NCBI GenBank assembly: GCA_020891255.1
Contig: BQFW01000003.1
Span: 310,001 to 374,000 of the forward strand
DNA from: Entomortierella parvispora E1425
Taxonomy: Eukaryota; Fungi; Mortierellomycota
Direction: 5' to 3'
DNA length: 64,000 nt
Below the pieces are notes generated by a model, which was not told where the DNA came from, ran no database searches, and saw only the letters and a program-made list of their open reading frames with translations. Made by a program: the position numbers and the translations under genes. Positions 1 through 12,593 of the stretch are shown in pieces. Positions within the stretch are counted from its first letter, which is position 1; each line of letters opens with the position of its first letter.

Positions 1-1108
1 CGTCGCACTGAGACAAGTCCAAGCGGTAATTAAGATCGCCCGTCCAAAAAATGTAATCGCACGAAAAGATGGACTCTTCCCTCAACGCGCCTTTCTTGTC
101 CTGACCACCAGCAGCGCGACGCTGCCGAAGATATTCTTGGGTATATATGCTGCTCTTTGTGCTGTCCCTGCTGTCGGTTCGGAGTCTCTCCCGCCCGTTT
201 CCTGTCGTCTTGTTGGGCAGTAACGGTCTTGAATCATTGTCCAATTGATACATAGAATCATCTTCAAACTGCCTCAAGTCCTCTGTTGAATCGAACGGAG
301 AAGCAAACACGGATGGCGACGACGTTGCTGAGGATGCAGCAGAGAGCCTGTCATGGTGCTCGTACAGCATACCTTCGACATGGTTCAAGCGGTCGTCCAA
401 AAATACCATCCTTCGACAAATCGCCAAGTAGTCGTCATTTCTTCGCTTGATTTTGTTCAGATGTGCACTCAGATGAGCATTGATGAAGCAAATATCGAAA
501 CAAGGCCGACTGGCTGTGGGTCCCAGACGAATGGTCATTTTTGTGGCTATGGCTCCCTTGTTGCCCATAAACGCTGGTCCTGTTCCCACAGAGGCGTTCG
601 AGATGTTTTCCACATGTTCTGTCATGGATCCATCTCTAGTCAGGATAAAGAGGGTCATCCCCACTTGAGCCGTTTGAGAGACAAGACTAAACCTGTAGCC
701 GGGAAAGGTTCGATGCAAGGTTCGAAGGATCAGCTTTGCAAGGTCGTCAATCTTTTGTTTGATGCGATAGGTGCCGTGAATGAACGCGTCGGGGTAGGGC
801 ACAAACTCCTGGAGAGCCACGGCAACGATATCAGGCATAATGGGCATTGTTGAAGATGACGACGGCTCGGGGGCGCGGCTGCTGCCCTCGATGTTATTTG
901 GGTTTGTGAAGGGGTCTGCTCTCGAGAACGTTGGGGCTGTGGTAGCCGAGGCAGGGGAGGGGACTGGGCTGTTGGGGGCCGAGTCTGCTGTGTGGGAGGA
1001 GAGCGAGGGATGGGTTGCCAGCCAGTCCGAAAGGTCCTGCTCAATGGCTCGCTGGTTCATGTTGAATGTGCCGATGAGCACGACGGGGGCATGGTTCGGG
1101 GATGCCAT
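1..1108 (-). CDS. Inositol polyphosphate 5-phosphatase (INPP5/Inp54-like), truncated by the window edge
   Basis: Open minus-strand frame from ATG at 1108 to the window edge, absent from the ORF track because it has no stop. It translates to MASPNHAPVVLIGTFNM...DIVAVALQEF...MGNKGAI...FINAHLSAH...RRNDDY...CDYIFWTGDLNYRLDL, which contains the family motifs GNKG and GDLNYR. Confidence 0.9.
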   Translation of the reverse strand, partial: MASPNHAPVVLIGTFNMNQRAIEQDLSDWLATHPSLSSHTADSAPNSPVPSPASATTAPTFSRADPFTNPNNIEGSSRAPEPSSSSTMPIMPDIVAVALQEFVPYPDAFIHGTYRIKQKIDDLAKLILRTLHRTFPGYRFSLVSQTAQVGMTLFILTRDGSMTEHVENISNASVGTGPAFMGNKGAIATKMTIRLGPTASRPCFDICFINAHLSAHLNKIKRRNDDYLAICRRMVFLDDRLNHVEGMLYEHHDRLSAASSATSSPSVFASPFDSTEDLRQFEDDSMYQLDNDSRPLLPNKTTGNGRERLRTDSRDSTKSSIYTQEYLRQRRAAGGQDKKGALREESIFSCDYIFWTGDLNYRLDLSQCD

Positions 1109-3414
1109 GGTGGCGACGGAGGGAGAGAGGAAGGAAGCGACGGTTGGAGGGAGGATGAGAAAGGGGGGACGGGGGGACTATATAGAAGGGAATGAGAGGG
1201 AAAGGACAATATGAAGGAAAGAAGGAAGGGAGGAAAAGGGGGCAGGTGGGAAATTGAATTGGTGCAGAGTGCAGTGTGCAGTGTCGCGGTGTGTCCAACG
1301 TGCTGAGCAAAGGCGGAAGGGACCACACCATTTCCTGGGCGTCTGGGATATGACAGGGCGGATATGACATCAGGTCACGTGCACCCACAGCCTCTCTCTG
1401 CTTGCTTGTTTGTTTGTCGTGTAGAGAGAGGTGTGTCGTTTTTGTTGCCTCTCTTCTGCTTCCTTGCTGCTCGTCCTTCGCATGGCACAATGGCACAGAG
1501 GGGAAAACACGAAATCAACACGAAGTGGACGCGCTGCTTGCCCATCCAACGGTTATGTACGACCGCCCTGACTTTCGATCCACGTTGTCGTTCGCAACTC
1601 TCCAACACGAGATCACGGTTGGACGGCCTCTTGTCACTGAATGGGAATAAACGTCTTTTGCACTTCCTCTTCACTCTTTTTCACTTTCTACCCAATAACT
1701 ACGTACTAGCGCCGTGGGGATAGGAATATACCCAAGAGGAAGGCGTCATCGTTCCCCCTTCTCGGTCAGGATATCAAACAAACGGCAACATTTGTACGAA
1801 ATTCTCGTTTTTGATTCATGCACAGCAAGTGATGCTCCAAGTCTGGACCTGTTGCTTTTTTTTTTTTTTGGTTTCTGTGTGCCATGTACCTACTTCTTCA
1901 CCAAGCACTCCAATTACTCTTTCTTTGACATCTATCTCTCACACCTATCCCTACGCTTTCTAATACGTTCCTCTATGTTCCACTGCGTTTTGTGATCGAT
2001 CACAAAGCAGAGGAGGCGAGTATCAACCAGATTTTTTTTTTTTTGCACACTTTCTCGAAATACAAGGAACTTCCAGACACCAATGTAAGTCAAGCATCCG
2101 TTCATCGCTGGCTTTACTGCAGCCTTCGCGCTCGCCCATTCTTTGCCCATCAAACTTCTCCATCCCGATCCTCAGAGTCAACGATGCGCGCTGCGGCCAC
2201 TTGCACCACATGTGGTCATCTGGAGAAACATCAACACCGACCTCCGCCCCCGAACCTCTCTGACGGGCAACAGTAGTTGTTTTAGTCCTCCCAGATTGCG
2301 CCCACTGTTAGATCTTACGAGCGCGTTTTATCGCAGAAACCTCCATCTTGAACTGCCAGTTTTTTCAGTCTCATCCACTGGCCAACAAGACGCAAAAAAA
2401 AGGCTGTTGTGGGCGAGGGATCCCAAATGTGACATCCTCATTATTGTAACCACACTCTCCCTCAGTTGTGATGGATATACCATCAGGAAAGGGGGGGGGG
2501 GGGTCTTGCGGGTGCCTCTGGAGAATAATAGAAATAGCTTTAGTTTCGGTGCAGTGTGAGGGGAGGGATCCTTCCACAAGTCTTTTGCAGTCCACGATCA
2601 GAGAATCCTCATTGGTAAATTAAATGCAATCCCGGGGTCTGCGCAGGGGGTGACTGCAAGCGGGATGATAGCGGTAACAGGCGTGTACGAGTGCTATATA
2701 GATGGACCCCTTGGTTGCGGCTGTGCTGCCGCATCTCGACAATCAAAAAGAAGAAAGGCACGTCCGCACTTTGGCGGAAACGAGATGTCTAAAGAAGCGC
2801 CCAGGTCACATCGTTTTGCCTCTCATCTTTGGTCTCTGCTTCTTCGATAAGTCTCCTTCGACTAGATAGGGAGGCACCCGTGTTGAAAAGTATGTGTGGA
2901 ATGCGTTGGCTTGGCGAGTTGCGGGGGCGAGGGGAAGGTGGTCGTTGCTGTTCGTGTTCATGGCGACATTGGAGGCAGACCTTTTTTTTTTTTTTTTTTT
3001 GTTATTAATCATTCCTCTCCATTTCTCCAACCAGTTCTCCGCTCCGCATTGTCTGGCTGACACATTTAAAAGGGCCGCCCAGCGCCAACCTCGCTTCCTG
3101 TTCTTGCAGTCCATTTTCTGCTCTCTTTCCCCTCTCTCCTCTCTCTCCTCTGTCCCCAGGTTCGCCCACTCGTCAGATCGGGCCGCGTTCCGATTCCAGT
3201 TCAAAGCCTTCGCACCCTGGATGACACTCTGCCCCATTTTCATCCCCTTCAGCTAGTAGCCCTTCATCTCTCGCACCAACTTGTCTTTTATCCGGATTGA
3301 CAGTTCATTTCAGTTTTCCGTTGACTTTCCTCTCGAATCTGTTAAACTGCTGAAATATCGCACCTCCTTTTCGATCTTCACCACAAACTGCCCAAAAAAG
3401 CAACCACAGATAGA

Positions 3415-6192
3415 ATGACATTCGACCGATCGGATCGTCCCTTTTCATCAATACCCACCACTTTGCCATCATCAGAGGCAGCAACATACCCACACCCTCA
3501 GGAAGTGGCGACCCACTCTTCGATTACAACCTCATCCGCGTTGCCCTTACGACCAATTGTGACAACTGCCCTGTCCGTCTATATTCATCATGGTCTATCG
3601 TCACCGACGACCGCAACCACGGATGCGACCAAGAGCCCCGGTACAGCAGGGACGCAGCGAACCCTGTTTGATGACGACGATGGATTTGTTATGAGCACTG
3701 ACCATTTTAAGATCGGCAGCGGCAAGCAAGTTCCGGGGCAACTGAGCCATCCGAGCGAAACAAGCGAAGAGCAACACAGCCCTGACCAGGACCACAGGCC
3801 GCCTCATACCACATCAACAGATTCGTCTGACTCTCTTTCGCCACCCCTGCACCCACAAGGACAACCACGCCACCCACCCAAGGTCCAGAACTCGCTTTAT
3901 ACCCGATTCTTCCGACTGGAGACAGACCAAGCGCGGCCCGAGGTCATTGTACGGTCTAGTTGGTTGTCGACGGGCTGGCTGCTTGGCGTTCGGTCGTTGT
4001 TGTTTCTGTACACATCTGTGGTGCTGATCACGGACATGTTTAGGAACGATCGGCCCCAGTTTGCGTTCTGTTACTTGACCCAGCTGTCGTACTCTGGCTT
4101 GATATCCTACCTCGGGGTAAGTTGGCGTGCCAATTGTCTGCCCTCACCTGTTTCTTCAGCCCTATGGGCGATTGATTTTACTTTCTATGAGAGTGGGCAA
4201 GGGGGTATGATTGCGCAATTGTTGGATCAACGGGAGGAAAGCAAGATAGCCGTTGTGTTTTCACAAAATGCACGCCCCACCCTTCCTGTCCTCCCTTTGT
4301 TCTGTCTCTCAGTGTTTGGAAGCAATAGTCGTTAATCTTGTCATCTTGCACTAGTGGTGCGAGGAAGGTGATGGTGTACCTGTTGGAGAATGAGGGCCGG
4401 GCATCATCAATTGAACAGGCAAACAAGTTATTGCCCATCCCCTCACCTCCATCATCAATTGGAGAAAAAAATCGTTGGAAATTGACACCGGAAGGGACAT
4501 TATCCGGCTGTGTTCATGTTCTGCGCCCTGACCTTCTCCTCCGCTCAACAAGAAAAATTTGGGTTTTTTGGTTTTACTTTCTGAAGAGCGGATCAGCATT
4601 CCCCTTCCTTCCTTGATAGCTTTTCTGACTCCGTCTCCATCGCATGGCAAAGCGAAGACAGCAAAAAAAGGGGGGAAAGAAAGTTTCGCTTACTTATCTT
4701 GCCGGAAGGTTTTTTGTATGGTCTTGGATTGTAAAAAAAAAAAAGTTTCATTATCAGAAACGCGTCATTTTCTTTCCCTTTGAGACTGCGCTCGGCGGCG
4801 CATCCGCGCAGTCCGCCTGCTGGGCCCAGCTGGACAGCAGCCTTCTCCCAGTTCAATTGCAATTGCCCGGGCAGAATGGATCTTCCAGATAGACGCCACA
4901 CATCCCAAATCACGCACACGCAAGCACACACAAACACGCTTGCTCGCAATTGCTTACTTTTCTTTTCTTCAATTTTGAATGATCATAGACCGTATCTTGG
5001 CATACCTTGAGCGAATGGCGCCGAGAACGAGGACTACGCGCTCGCAAGGAAAGCAGTCTTACTTCCCAGAACGACTATGACCTGGGGATGGTACCCTCAA
5101 CGACCATCGAGCGACAGCACTGGCTCTTGACGGATATGAACTTTTTCCTGTACCACACCATCTGCACATTCCAGTAAGTGTCTTTGTCTTTTGTTTGTGC
5201 CTCTGTTGTGAGCCGCCTGCTGCACCTAGCTAGATCAGCATCGTTGCAAGTTTTACTGTCTTTGTCGCGTTTGAGCGCATGGACATTAAGAAAACCCCCG
5301 TCTCTCTCTTTCTCTCTGTCCAAAAAAAAAAAAAAAAAAAAATAGTGTCATTGTCCCGATTCTCTTCTGGGGCTACCTTGGAATCGAGGGCGACATCAAA
5401 CAGACGGCCGTGGAACTCGGTCCTGATGCTCTTTGGCGCAACTATTCTCTCCATGGTGGCGACCTGGTGGTCCTTATGATCGAGTTTTTTATCAACACCA
5501 TGCCCTTCATCCCTTCCCATGTGGTTATCGTCTTTACCATCTGTCTGCTCTACCTGGCAGAGGCGCATCTGGTCTACAGAGTTGATGGATTTTGGATTTA
5601 TCCCTTCTTGGACACGACTGGAGGCCCCATCTGGGTTGCCCTCTACATCGGAGTTGGCTTTGTAATCCTCTGTGCGTTTATTGCCATGTATTACCTGCAC
5701 AGGATCAAGAACTGGATCCGATCTCGGGGTACTCTCCCCACATCCGATCTCGCGAACGATCTTGGGTCAGAAGACCACCATCACCATCATCACCATCATC
5801 ATCATCATCATCATCATAGGAAAGAGCAGGAGGAGAACGAGGAAGAAAAGTCTCCTACTCACTCGTCCTCTTCGACATCCACTATTGACTCCATGTTGGA
5901 AGGTGCTATGGCCCCTGCGCCGGCTTACTCTGCTAGCTCTACAAGTCAAGGTTCTAACCCTTTGAATGAGAAGCCTGACCAGAGATCTCGTCGAAGCAAC
6001 AGCCAAAGCAGCACCACATCCACATTGATCAACTTCCCGTTTCATTCTTCATCCACCTCAACCACCACCAACTCAACAGTGACGCCGACCCACGCCCGCC
6101 ACCAATCCAACGAGACACTCTTCTCATCCTCAGCCAATACTGAATCCAGGCTCCAAAAAGTCGTCGAAGACGACGATTCTTTCGACCCGTAG
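3415..6192 (+). CDS. Multi-pass membrane protein, FAR-17a/AIG1/ADTRP (rolling stone)-like, with disordered termini and a His14 tract
   Basis: Exons about 3415-4116, 4990-5173 and 5347-6192 join in frame (..LISYLG|TVSWHTL..TICTFH|VIVPILFWG..). It has hydrophobic helices, a YLTQLSY (Thr) motif, an SLHGG (His) motif and a WIYPFLD motif typical of this family. Confidence 0.7.
5776..5817 (+). repeat. CAY trinucleotide repeat encoding 14 consecutive His
   Basis: cac cat cac cat cat cac (cat)x8, in frame in the last exon. Confidence 0.95.
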
Positions 6193-6516
6193 ACTTGAAA
6201 CCCCATATCTCCTCTCCCATACACACACTCCCCACGAATATCGAAAATCCCATTCCTACCTTGTAAATAAAAGATCGACCTGTATTGTACCTGTACCCTG
6301 AGTTAACAGCATTCTCACTTCTTCGGAATATCCGTCCACCACAAGGAAACCATGGTCATGTCAGAACAATATCTAGTGATGCAATATCCGGCTCCGCCTG
6401 ATGTGCCAGATAGATCGAGTTCCCTTACCAATTGCTCCACCCACTGACATCGCTACTAATGACATTTGCTGTCATCACACCACTGTAATTTGGTTTTTCA
6501 TTTGATATGAGACTAT

Positions 6517-8916
6517 CTACTTGCGCCCTTTCCGCCTCGAATGATTGACTGAAGGTGAGGAGGAGGAAGAACTCGGGGCATTCGGTGCCGGTGCAACGCC
6601 AATGGTAGCATTCACCAATTCGTCCTTCATTGAACTCTGCTCAATCTTTTGCTGTGTATCCAGATAAATCATCATGTCTCGAACCTGCTCCTGCAATTCC
6701 GCAATCTCGGCCTCCTTCTCTTGCAATTGATCTTTAAAGCTCTTTTGGTTCGTCAGCAATCCACTGCTCATCTCTTTTTCCTCCTCAAACAGACGCTCCA
6801 TCGTCGCAAGCTTCTCTTGCATTTTCTCTAGTCGCTTCTCGGCCGCCTTCTTTTCCTTGATCAACGACGGCACCTTTTCCTTCTCCAGAGCTTCAGCAAT
6901 TTGCGCCAGTTCCCGGTTCTTTTGATCCAGCAGAATTGCCTCCTTCTCCCACTTGGTTGCGTCCTTGTTGAGCTGTGCCAATTGGGCTGTCATTGCCGCC
7001 ATTTGAGCATCAAAGTAAAGTCTTTGCGACTCCAGTTGCGACGTCAGCAGATATGTATATTCCAGTCCAATGGCATCCAGCTTCTCCTGCCCGACTTGAA
7101 CACTATGTTGCGATGGCAGAGTTCCGTCCACTGCGCTGGGTAACTCAACCAATTTCCCGTCCGTCTTGTTTTGGATCAGGCGATGAACATATCCATCTCC
7201 TGCGTAATCCCACACCCTTTGTGTCTCCAACTCAAGAGCGTACAGATGCGATGTTTCATAATAATGGGAATAGGCGTGCTTTTCCTGGTACCGGCCACAT
7301 CCGATATGGCCACAGATCAAACAGATCCAAAGGTTCTCCGTTGTCCCGCAGAGCGCACATACACTTTGATCCTCCGTAATCCCATCCGTGCTAGCTGTCA
7401 ATCCACCACCTATGTCGCCCTGACGTGTAGATGAACTTGACAAAAGATTGTTGCTTTGTGTGTTGTGGGGTCCTCTGACTGTTTTTTGACTATACCGACA
7501 TACGGGACAGCTCCCTTCGCCCCATTTGCTCAAACAATGACAGTGGAACGTATGTTGGCAGAGGATTGTCAATAGACCTGTCACGGAAGAATCCATCCTC
7601 TCCAGACACACTGGACAGGTTGGGAGCTCAGCAAGCGCTGATGAATCTGCTGTATCCCCTTCACTTGCGCCTTTAGGGTGAAGTGTTATTGAACCCGGAG
7701 AAGAACCGAATGGGTCCTGGTCAGCATTAGCTCCCAATGTTGGTGTCGTTATTGATGTAGGCGCGGTGTGATTCTGAAGGAATGGGTCATCGTTGAGGAA
7801 GGGGAAGGCGTAAGGCGGCATGCATCCAGCTCGAATCTCTATTGACTTCAAGTACACCACATGACAAATCTCGGGCTATTGTTGATATGATAGAAGACAG
7901 AGTAAGATGAAAGTTCTTGAAGTCCACTGCATCTCAACTAAAAGTTCACATGATCTTTACCTCCATGGAGTTAAAGGTACGCCCGTTATATCGTGAATAA
8001 AACTCGTCTGTTGCCTCGCTTGTCCTGAACTTCATCAACACCATGAACCGGTTTGGGGCAGCATCACTAATTATTGTAAAATATTGAAAATTATGGTTAG
8101 AAAACAAAGGCGCTCTGGATTGCATTGACTGCTCTGACTGCCACGCTTCAGAGGAACCTACCGAATAATCCGGAAATGCGACACATTGGATCTCACGGGT
8201 CCTACAAAGTTCAGGAAGTCGCCTGGTGACATGTAACTTGGTACTGCAAGGACAGATACAGTCGTCCCATGGTCCGGCTGGATAATTTGCGCCCCTTCCC
8301 GATCCGACGGCGAATCCGACGCACCATCCTTATCGCTCTGGGTCGAAAGGTGGATGTTTCCCGTTGTAATCTCATTCTTGTCTTTGTAGAGCCGCAGAAT
8401 TCCTTGGGCTGGCTCAGACTCTTGAAAGCCTGATCCGGTCGAGGCAGCTGTTGCCGCTGCAGTAGCCATTTTTTTACTTTTAGATTGCCTACTCCTGCTA
8501 TGATTCGAGGAAGAGGATACTGATTTTTCAGTTGAGGAATCGAAGCAAGCGACTCGGATGGGCCCGAAGCGGTAGTCCTCCTCTGGGTGTTGATTGACAG
8601 AGGGGCTCGAGCGTTTTGTCTGAGAAGAAGACGAGGAGGTTGAGGTCAAGGCGCTACTAGACCCAGAAGTTTGAGCTGGAGGCGATGGGAACGGCTGAAA
8701 GAGTGATCGAAAGCGGTCGACGGACGCCGGTGCACTTTGAGGCTGCGGCTGCGGCTTCCCTGAAGAGGAAGAGAAGGTGGCGCTTCGCTGTGCGGTCGAG
8801 GAAGGCAATGAGTATGACTGTGGCTGTGGTTGTGTGGATGAGCCTTGCGGTGGAAGCAGTGGAGTAATTGTCGTTCTGTCCGGGTAGAGGTCCAGTCTAA
8901 GATGGTAAAAGTACAT
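6517..8916 (-). CDS. BRAP2: BRCA1-associated protein 2 / ETP1-like E3 ligase (BRAP2 domain, RING-H2, ZnF-UBP, coiled coil)
   Basis: MYFYHLRLDLY start at 8916; RDAAPNRFMVLMKF exon; ELPTCPVCLERMD...CQHTFHCHCLSKW...CPVCRY RING; CALCGTTENLWICLICGHIGCGRY...HA..HY ZnF-UBP. Three exons. Confidence 0.93.
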
Positions 8917-9279
8917 TGCGCCTCGGCATCGAGATCGGTCTTTGAGAAGCAAGCGTGTGGAGAATGAATGGCGATGCATGCATGCATCAATCGCGCAGTG
9001 GGGAATTCAATTTTTGTCATCACGTGGTTCGTCGCGTCCTTCATTTTTTTTTTTTTTTTTTTATTCCGTAATACTGCTTCATGCTCTGCCCACGTGGAAC
9101 ATGTCACCCTCAAACTCGTAAAAAGGCACGACTGAGTCCAATCTCCTGAACTCCTGCAGCAGCAGCGCATCATCTGGCTTTGCGGTGACTTTTTTTTTCT
9201 TTTCGTGGCCCTGCATAGCTGCCTCTTTGTTTGGTCGTTTGCGCAGGATTGCTGCGCCAGCAAGAGCAAACGTTGCAGT

Positions 9280-10984
9280 TTAAGCTGCAGATTCCGGAGG
9301 AAGAATCCATGGCGCCTCCTGGTTGCATGCCACAACGAGGCGACTCGATAAAGCGGGTTCGAGCATATACTGGTCTCCCTTCAGAATACACACCTTCCGC
9401 TTCAAGAGTCGGTCCATAAATTGGGTCCACACCATATTAGATTCCTCCCTGTCGGCTTGGAGGCAAGCCTGGACGGAAGGCATGGCTGACATAGCCAGGT
9501 CCATCCCCAATGACTTTTTCAGGGTGTCCTTCTCTTTTTTTGTCGCAGCACTCCGTTGATTTCTCTGGTTAGCCTGCTGGTACTCATTGACCATGCCAGT
9601 AAGTCGACGGGGCTGATCCCACATATGTGCAAAGCCCATGAACATCTTCAGATCCCGCAAATCCTGGTCGCCCTGTGTTTTAAGGCTCTTCGGTTTGGTA
9701 GTGTACCTCTTGCGACTTAATACCACTTTGTTCAAGGTCCGATTGTTGAAGAAAGGTTTAACCACACCCAGTCCTTCACGTGTTCGTAACAGAGATGACA
9801 ACCTCTGGTCACGTATCATGATCTTGCTCCCCGCTTTCAAGGTTACATTCCCACTGGCTGAATGACCCCAAGGTATTTCCGCTGGGACGATTTTGACATC
9901 ACGGATCAGCCTTTGAAGATAGAGTCGTGCCTCAAGATTTTGCTCTTTTGGCGAACGCGAAGAAAGCCAGGCACATCCCCTCACAATTGTTGCTAACATG
10001 TCTTCGCAGGAGAAGGACTAAGGGTGATCAGAATACGATGATTAGTAAATGTTTGAAATATGATACGAAACCAATATTGGTTGCTGGATGACCTACCTTC
10101 CCTATGCCGTGAGCTTTTGTCAAAGTACGCAATACGAACTCCACTCTCCCTTTCTCGGTCAGAGGGATTTTTTTTTGCTGGATAGCATCCATGAGCATGC
10201 CGTTTTCTGGCTTAGTCTGCGAGAGTAACGACTTTGGAGTCCCTGAGATCATGTTCTGGTAAATGGCCACTCCTGAAAACGCGTCCTTGGCTGCATACCA
10301 GATCCACAGCTCCTTCAACACTTCTTTATCCCAGTTCCACCCTAGGATCTTCTTTGTCTTGATGACTTCGCGTCCGGGACGGCCAAACATTTCATCCAGA
10401 GCGGCCAATGACCCTTGTGGAATATTTCGCGCAGCTGCCATATCTGACAGGTCTACGAGACCACCGCAATGAACATTGTAATCTTGACGGAGCCAGGACG
10501 CATCGCCCTTGACACCGACACCGCACAATAACTGGTCCGGATCTTCGAGAAAGGTCTTCAGTCTTGGCGGGAAGGGTACATTCAACTTTTGCTTCACCCC
10601 CATGATGTTGTAAATCTGAAAGAGCAAGCAGACATCTTGAGTGGCCACTTGGATCAACGAGACCTCTTGTCGTCGTTGCTCCTTTGTGATAAAATTAGAC
10701 GTTATCTCGGTATCAAACCCAACGGGTCCAGGAGATCCCGCAGTGAGCCGATAGAACTGAGTAAACTGCTTCATCATCAACTCGGCCTCCTCGTATGTCG
10801 TGGCCAAAAATACTGGCGGAAGATTATACACGCGTCGGATCTGTTCTTGTTCCATGGCATCACAAAGCAGTTGGAGAGTGGGACTGATATGTTCTTGTCC
10901 ATTGACCGGATTTGACGCGTGTGTTAGATGTTCCTGTGGAATCTGCATGTTTGCGCCGACCGTTGATCGTGACTGAAAAGACAT
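9280..10984 (-). CDS. DEDDy 3'-5' exonuclease domain protein (WRN-exo/EXD-like) with C-terminal extension
   Basis: ExoI GFDTE, ExoII GVGVKGDA, ExoIII WYAAKDA. Intron 10096-10018 joins ORF 10028-11155 to ORF 9280-9999 in frame. Confidence 0.8.
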
Positions 10985-11607
10985 CTTTTGCCCGTTGTGC
11001 TGAGGAGGACACCAGTGATGTATAAGAGTGCAGAAGGAGAGAGTAACGACGTCCCTGTAGTGAAGGGGACCACTACGAATATCGTACAAAGAGCGGGTGG
11101 GAGGAACGTGGATTTCACTGTTAGGTTGTGGAGGTCTGCAAACTCTCACGAGCAAGGGTCGCGTTCAGGGGGTTGGAACAGGCGGCTGGGACAGGGTCTT
11201 TGGAGAAGATTGTGGCAAGCACAGATGCGTTGAGGAGAATGAATGAGAATGAAGAATGGGTGAAAGAATAAAACAATGGGAGTTTACACACGCTTGCCAA
11301 CAGCCAAGCAAAATTCAATTTTGCCACCAGCCGATGGGAGGCACAGTACTTTCCAAAAAAAAAAATCGCCAAGGGGCCATACATTTGGTACAACAGTCGA
11401 CAGGCGTTCATCTCCAAACGTACACATGCGCACGGTAATATATTATACAATTCTTTTGTCTTGAACAAACACAATGAAAAAAAACATCGGAAAGGGTCTT
11501 GCTCCTGCTTGTGGTCCTGGTGCACCCAGTCCTGATCTGTTACTGGGCACTTCTCAGTCTCGCTGGAGGAGACCTCCTCTCTTTCTCCCCTTCTCTAGCC
11601 TTTACTT

Positions 11608-12309
11608 TTAGTTGTCATTGTCCTTGGACGTGGATGCTCCTGAACTGCTTCCTGCGCCACTTCCACTTGAACAACCTCGGCATCCACAATGTATGCACTC
11701 GATGACCTTGCCCTCCTCCAATGTGTGCCTGGGAACTCTGCAAACGCATGTCGTGCCAAAATTTGTGTCCTTGGGTTGAATGCATCTTAAGCAGCAGACT
11801 TTTTCATAACCAGCCTGTCGATCAGAACCAATATTAAAAAACAAACATGTTAGATGTCTGAACACCTGGCTCCATCCTTGTTTCTAGTGCAATTAGGACT
11901 CCTGCATACCTTCTTCCACTTTGCAATTAGATTTCCATCGGCGTATCCTTGCTTCAACAAGTACTCGTACAGTTCCTTTGAGATCGCCTTGCGTTTATAA
12001 AAGAGCTCATAGACATAGCGAGACCGTTGGTGGTGCAATCTGAAAATAGGCCAAAGAGCCTCGACCTTTCTCTTTCCTTCATGTGGATCGTTTTCAGCTA
12101 ATAAGGTAGGGACAGAGGGTTGTGTTAGCTTTGTTTGATATACTGCGCGGTGAAGGCCAGCTGCAACCAAGTACGTTCGAGTCGCATAGAAAGAAAGGTC
12201 CATGAAACGCACCATCCTTCATTTTCTGCTGGAATTCCTTGAGGGTAGGCTCGATTTCGTCAAAGCCCTCGGGGGCACGCTTTGTGCGCGAGGAGCGAAT
12301 CTTGGGCAT
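11608..12309 (-). CDS. BUD31: Splicing factor BUD31/G10
   Basis: [23 protein letters not shown]; [47 protein letters not shown]; [12 protein letters not shown]...CVCRVP...[10 protein letters not shown]. Three exons. Confidence 0.97.
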
Positions 12310-12593
12310 GGTCTTGTGCTGTTGGTGATGTGGTTCGAAGACAGCTAGAAGAGAAGAAAGGGGAATCAAGGCACATGCATGATGCATGCAAACTGATCAG
12401 CAAAGACGTTAAAATCTACACTGGAAACAGGTCCGGTGACGTGTACAACTCTTTTTCGAAATCGGTCAGTCCTTCTCTGTCCTTCCACAGAGGACCGCAC
12501 GCAGAAGACACCCACAAGACGCGCTGCAGTTTATAGCAGACCAGCGCTCGTTCATCCTTCTCCTCATCCTCTCATCAACCCACATTTCCCATC

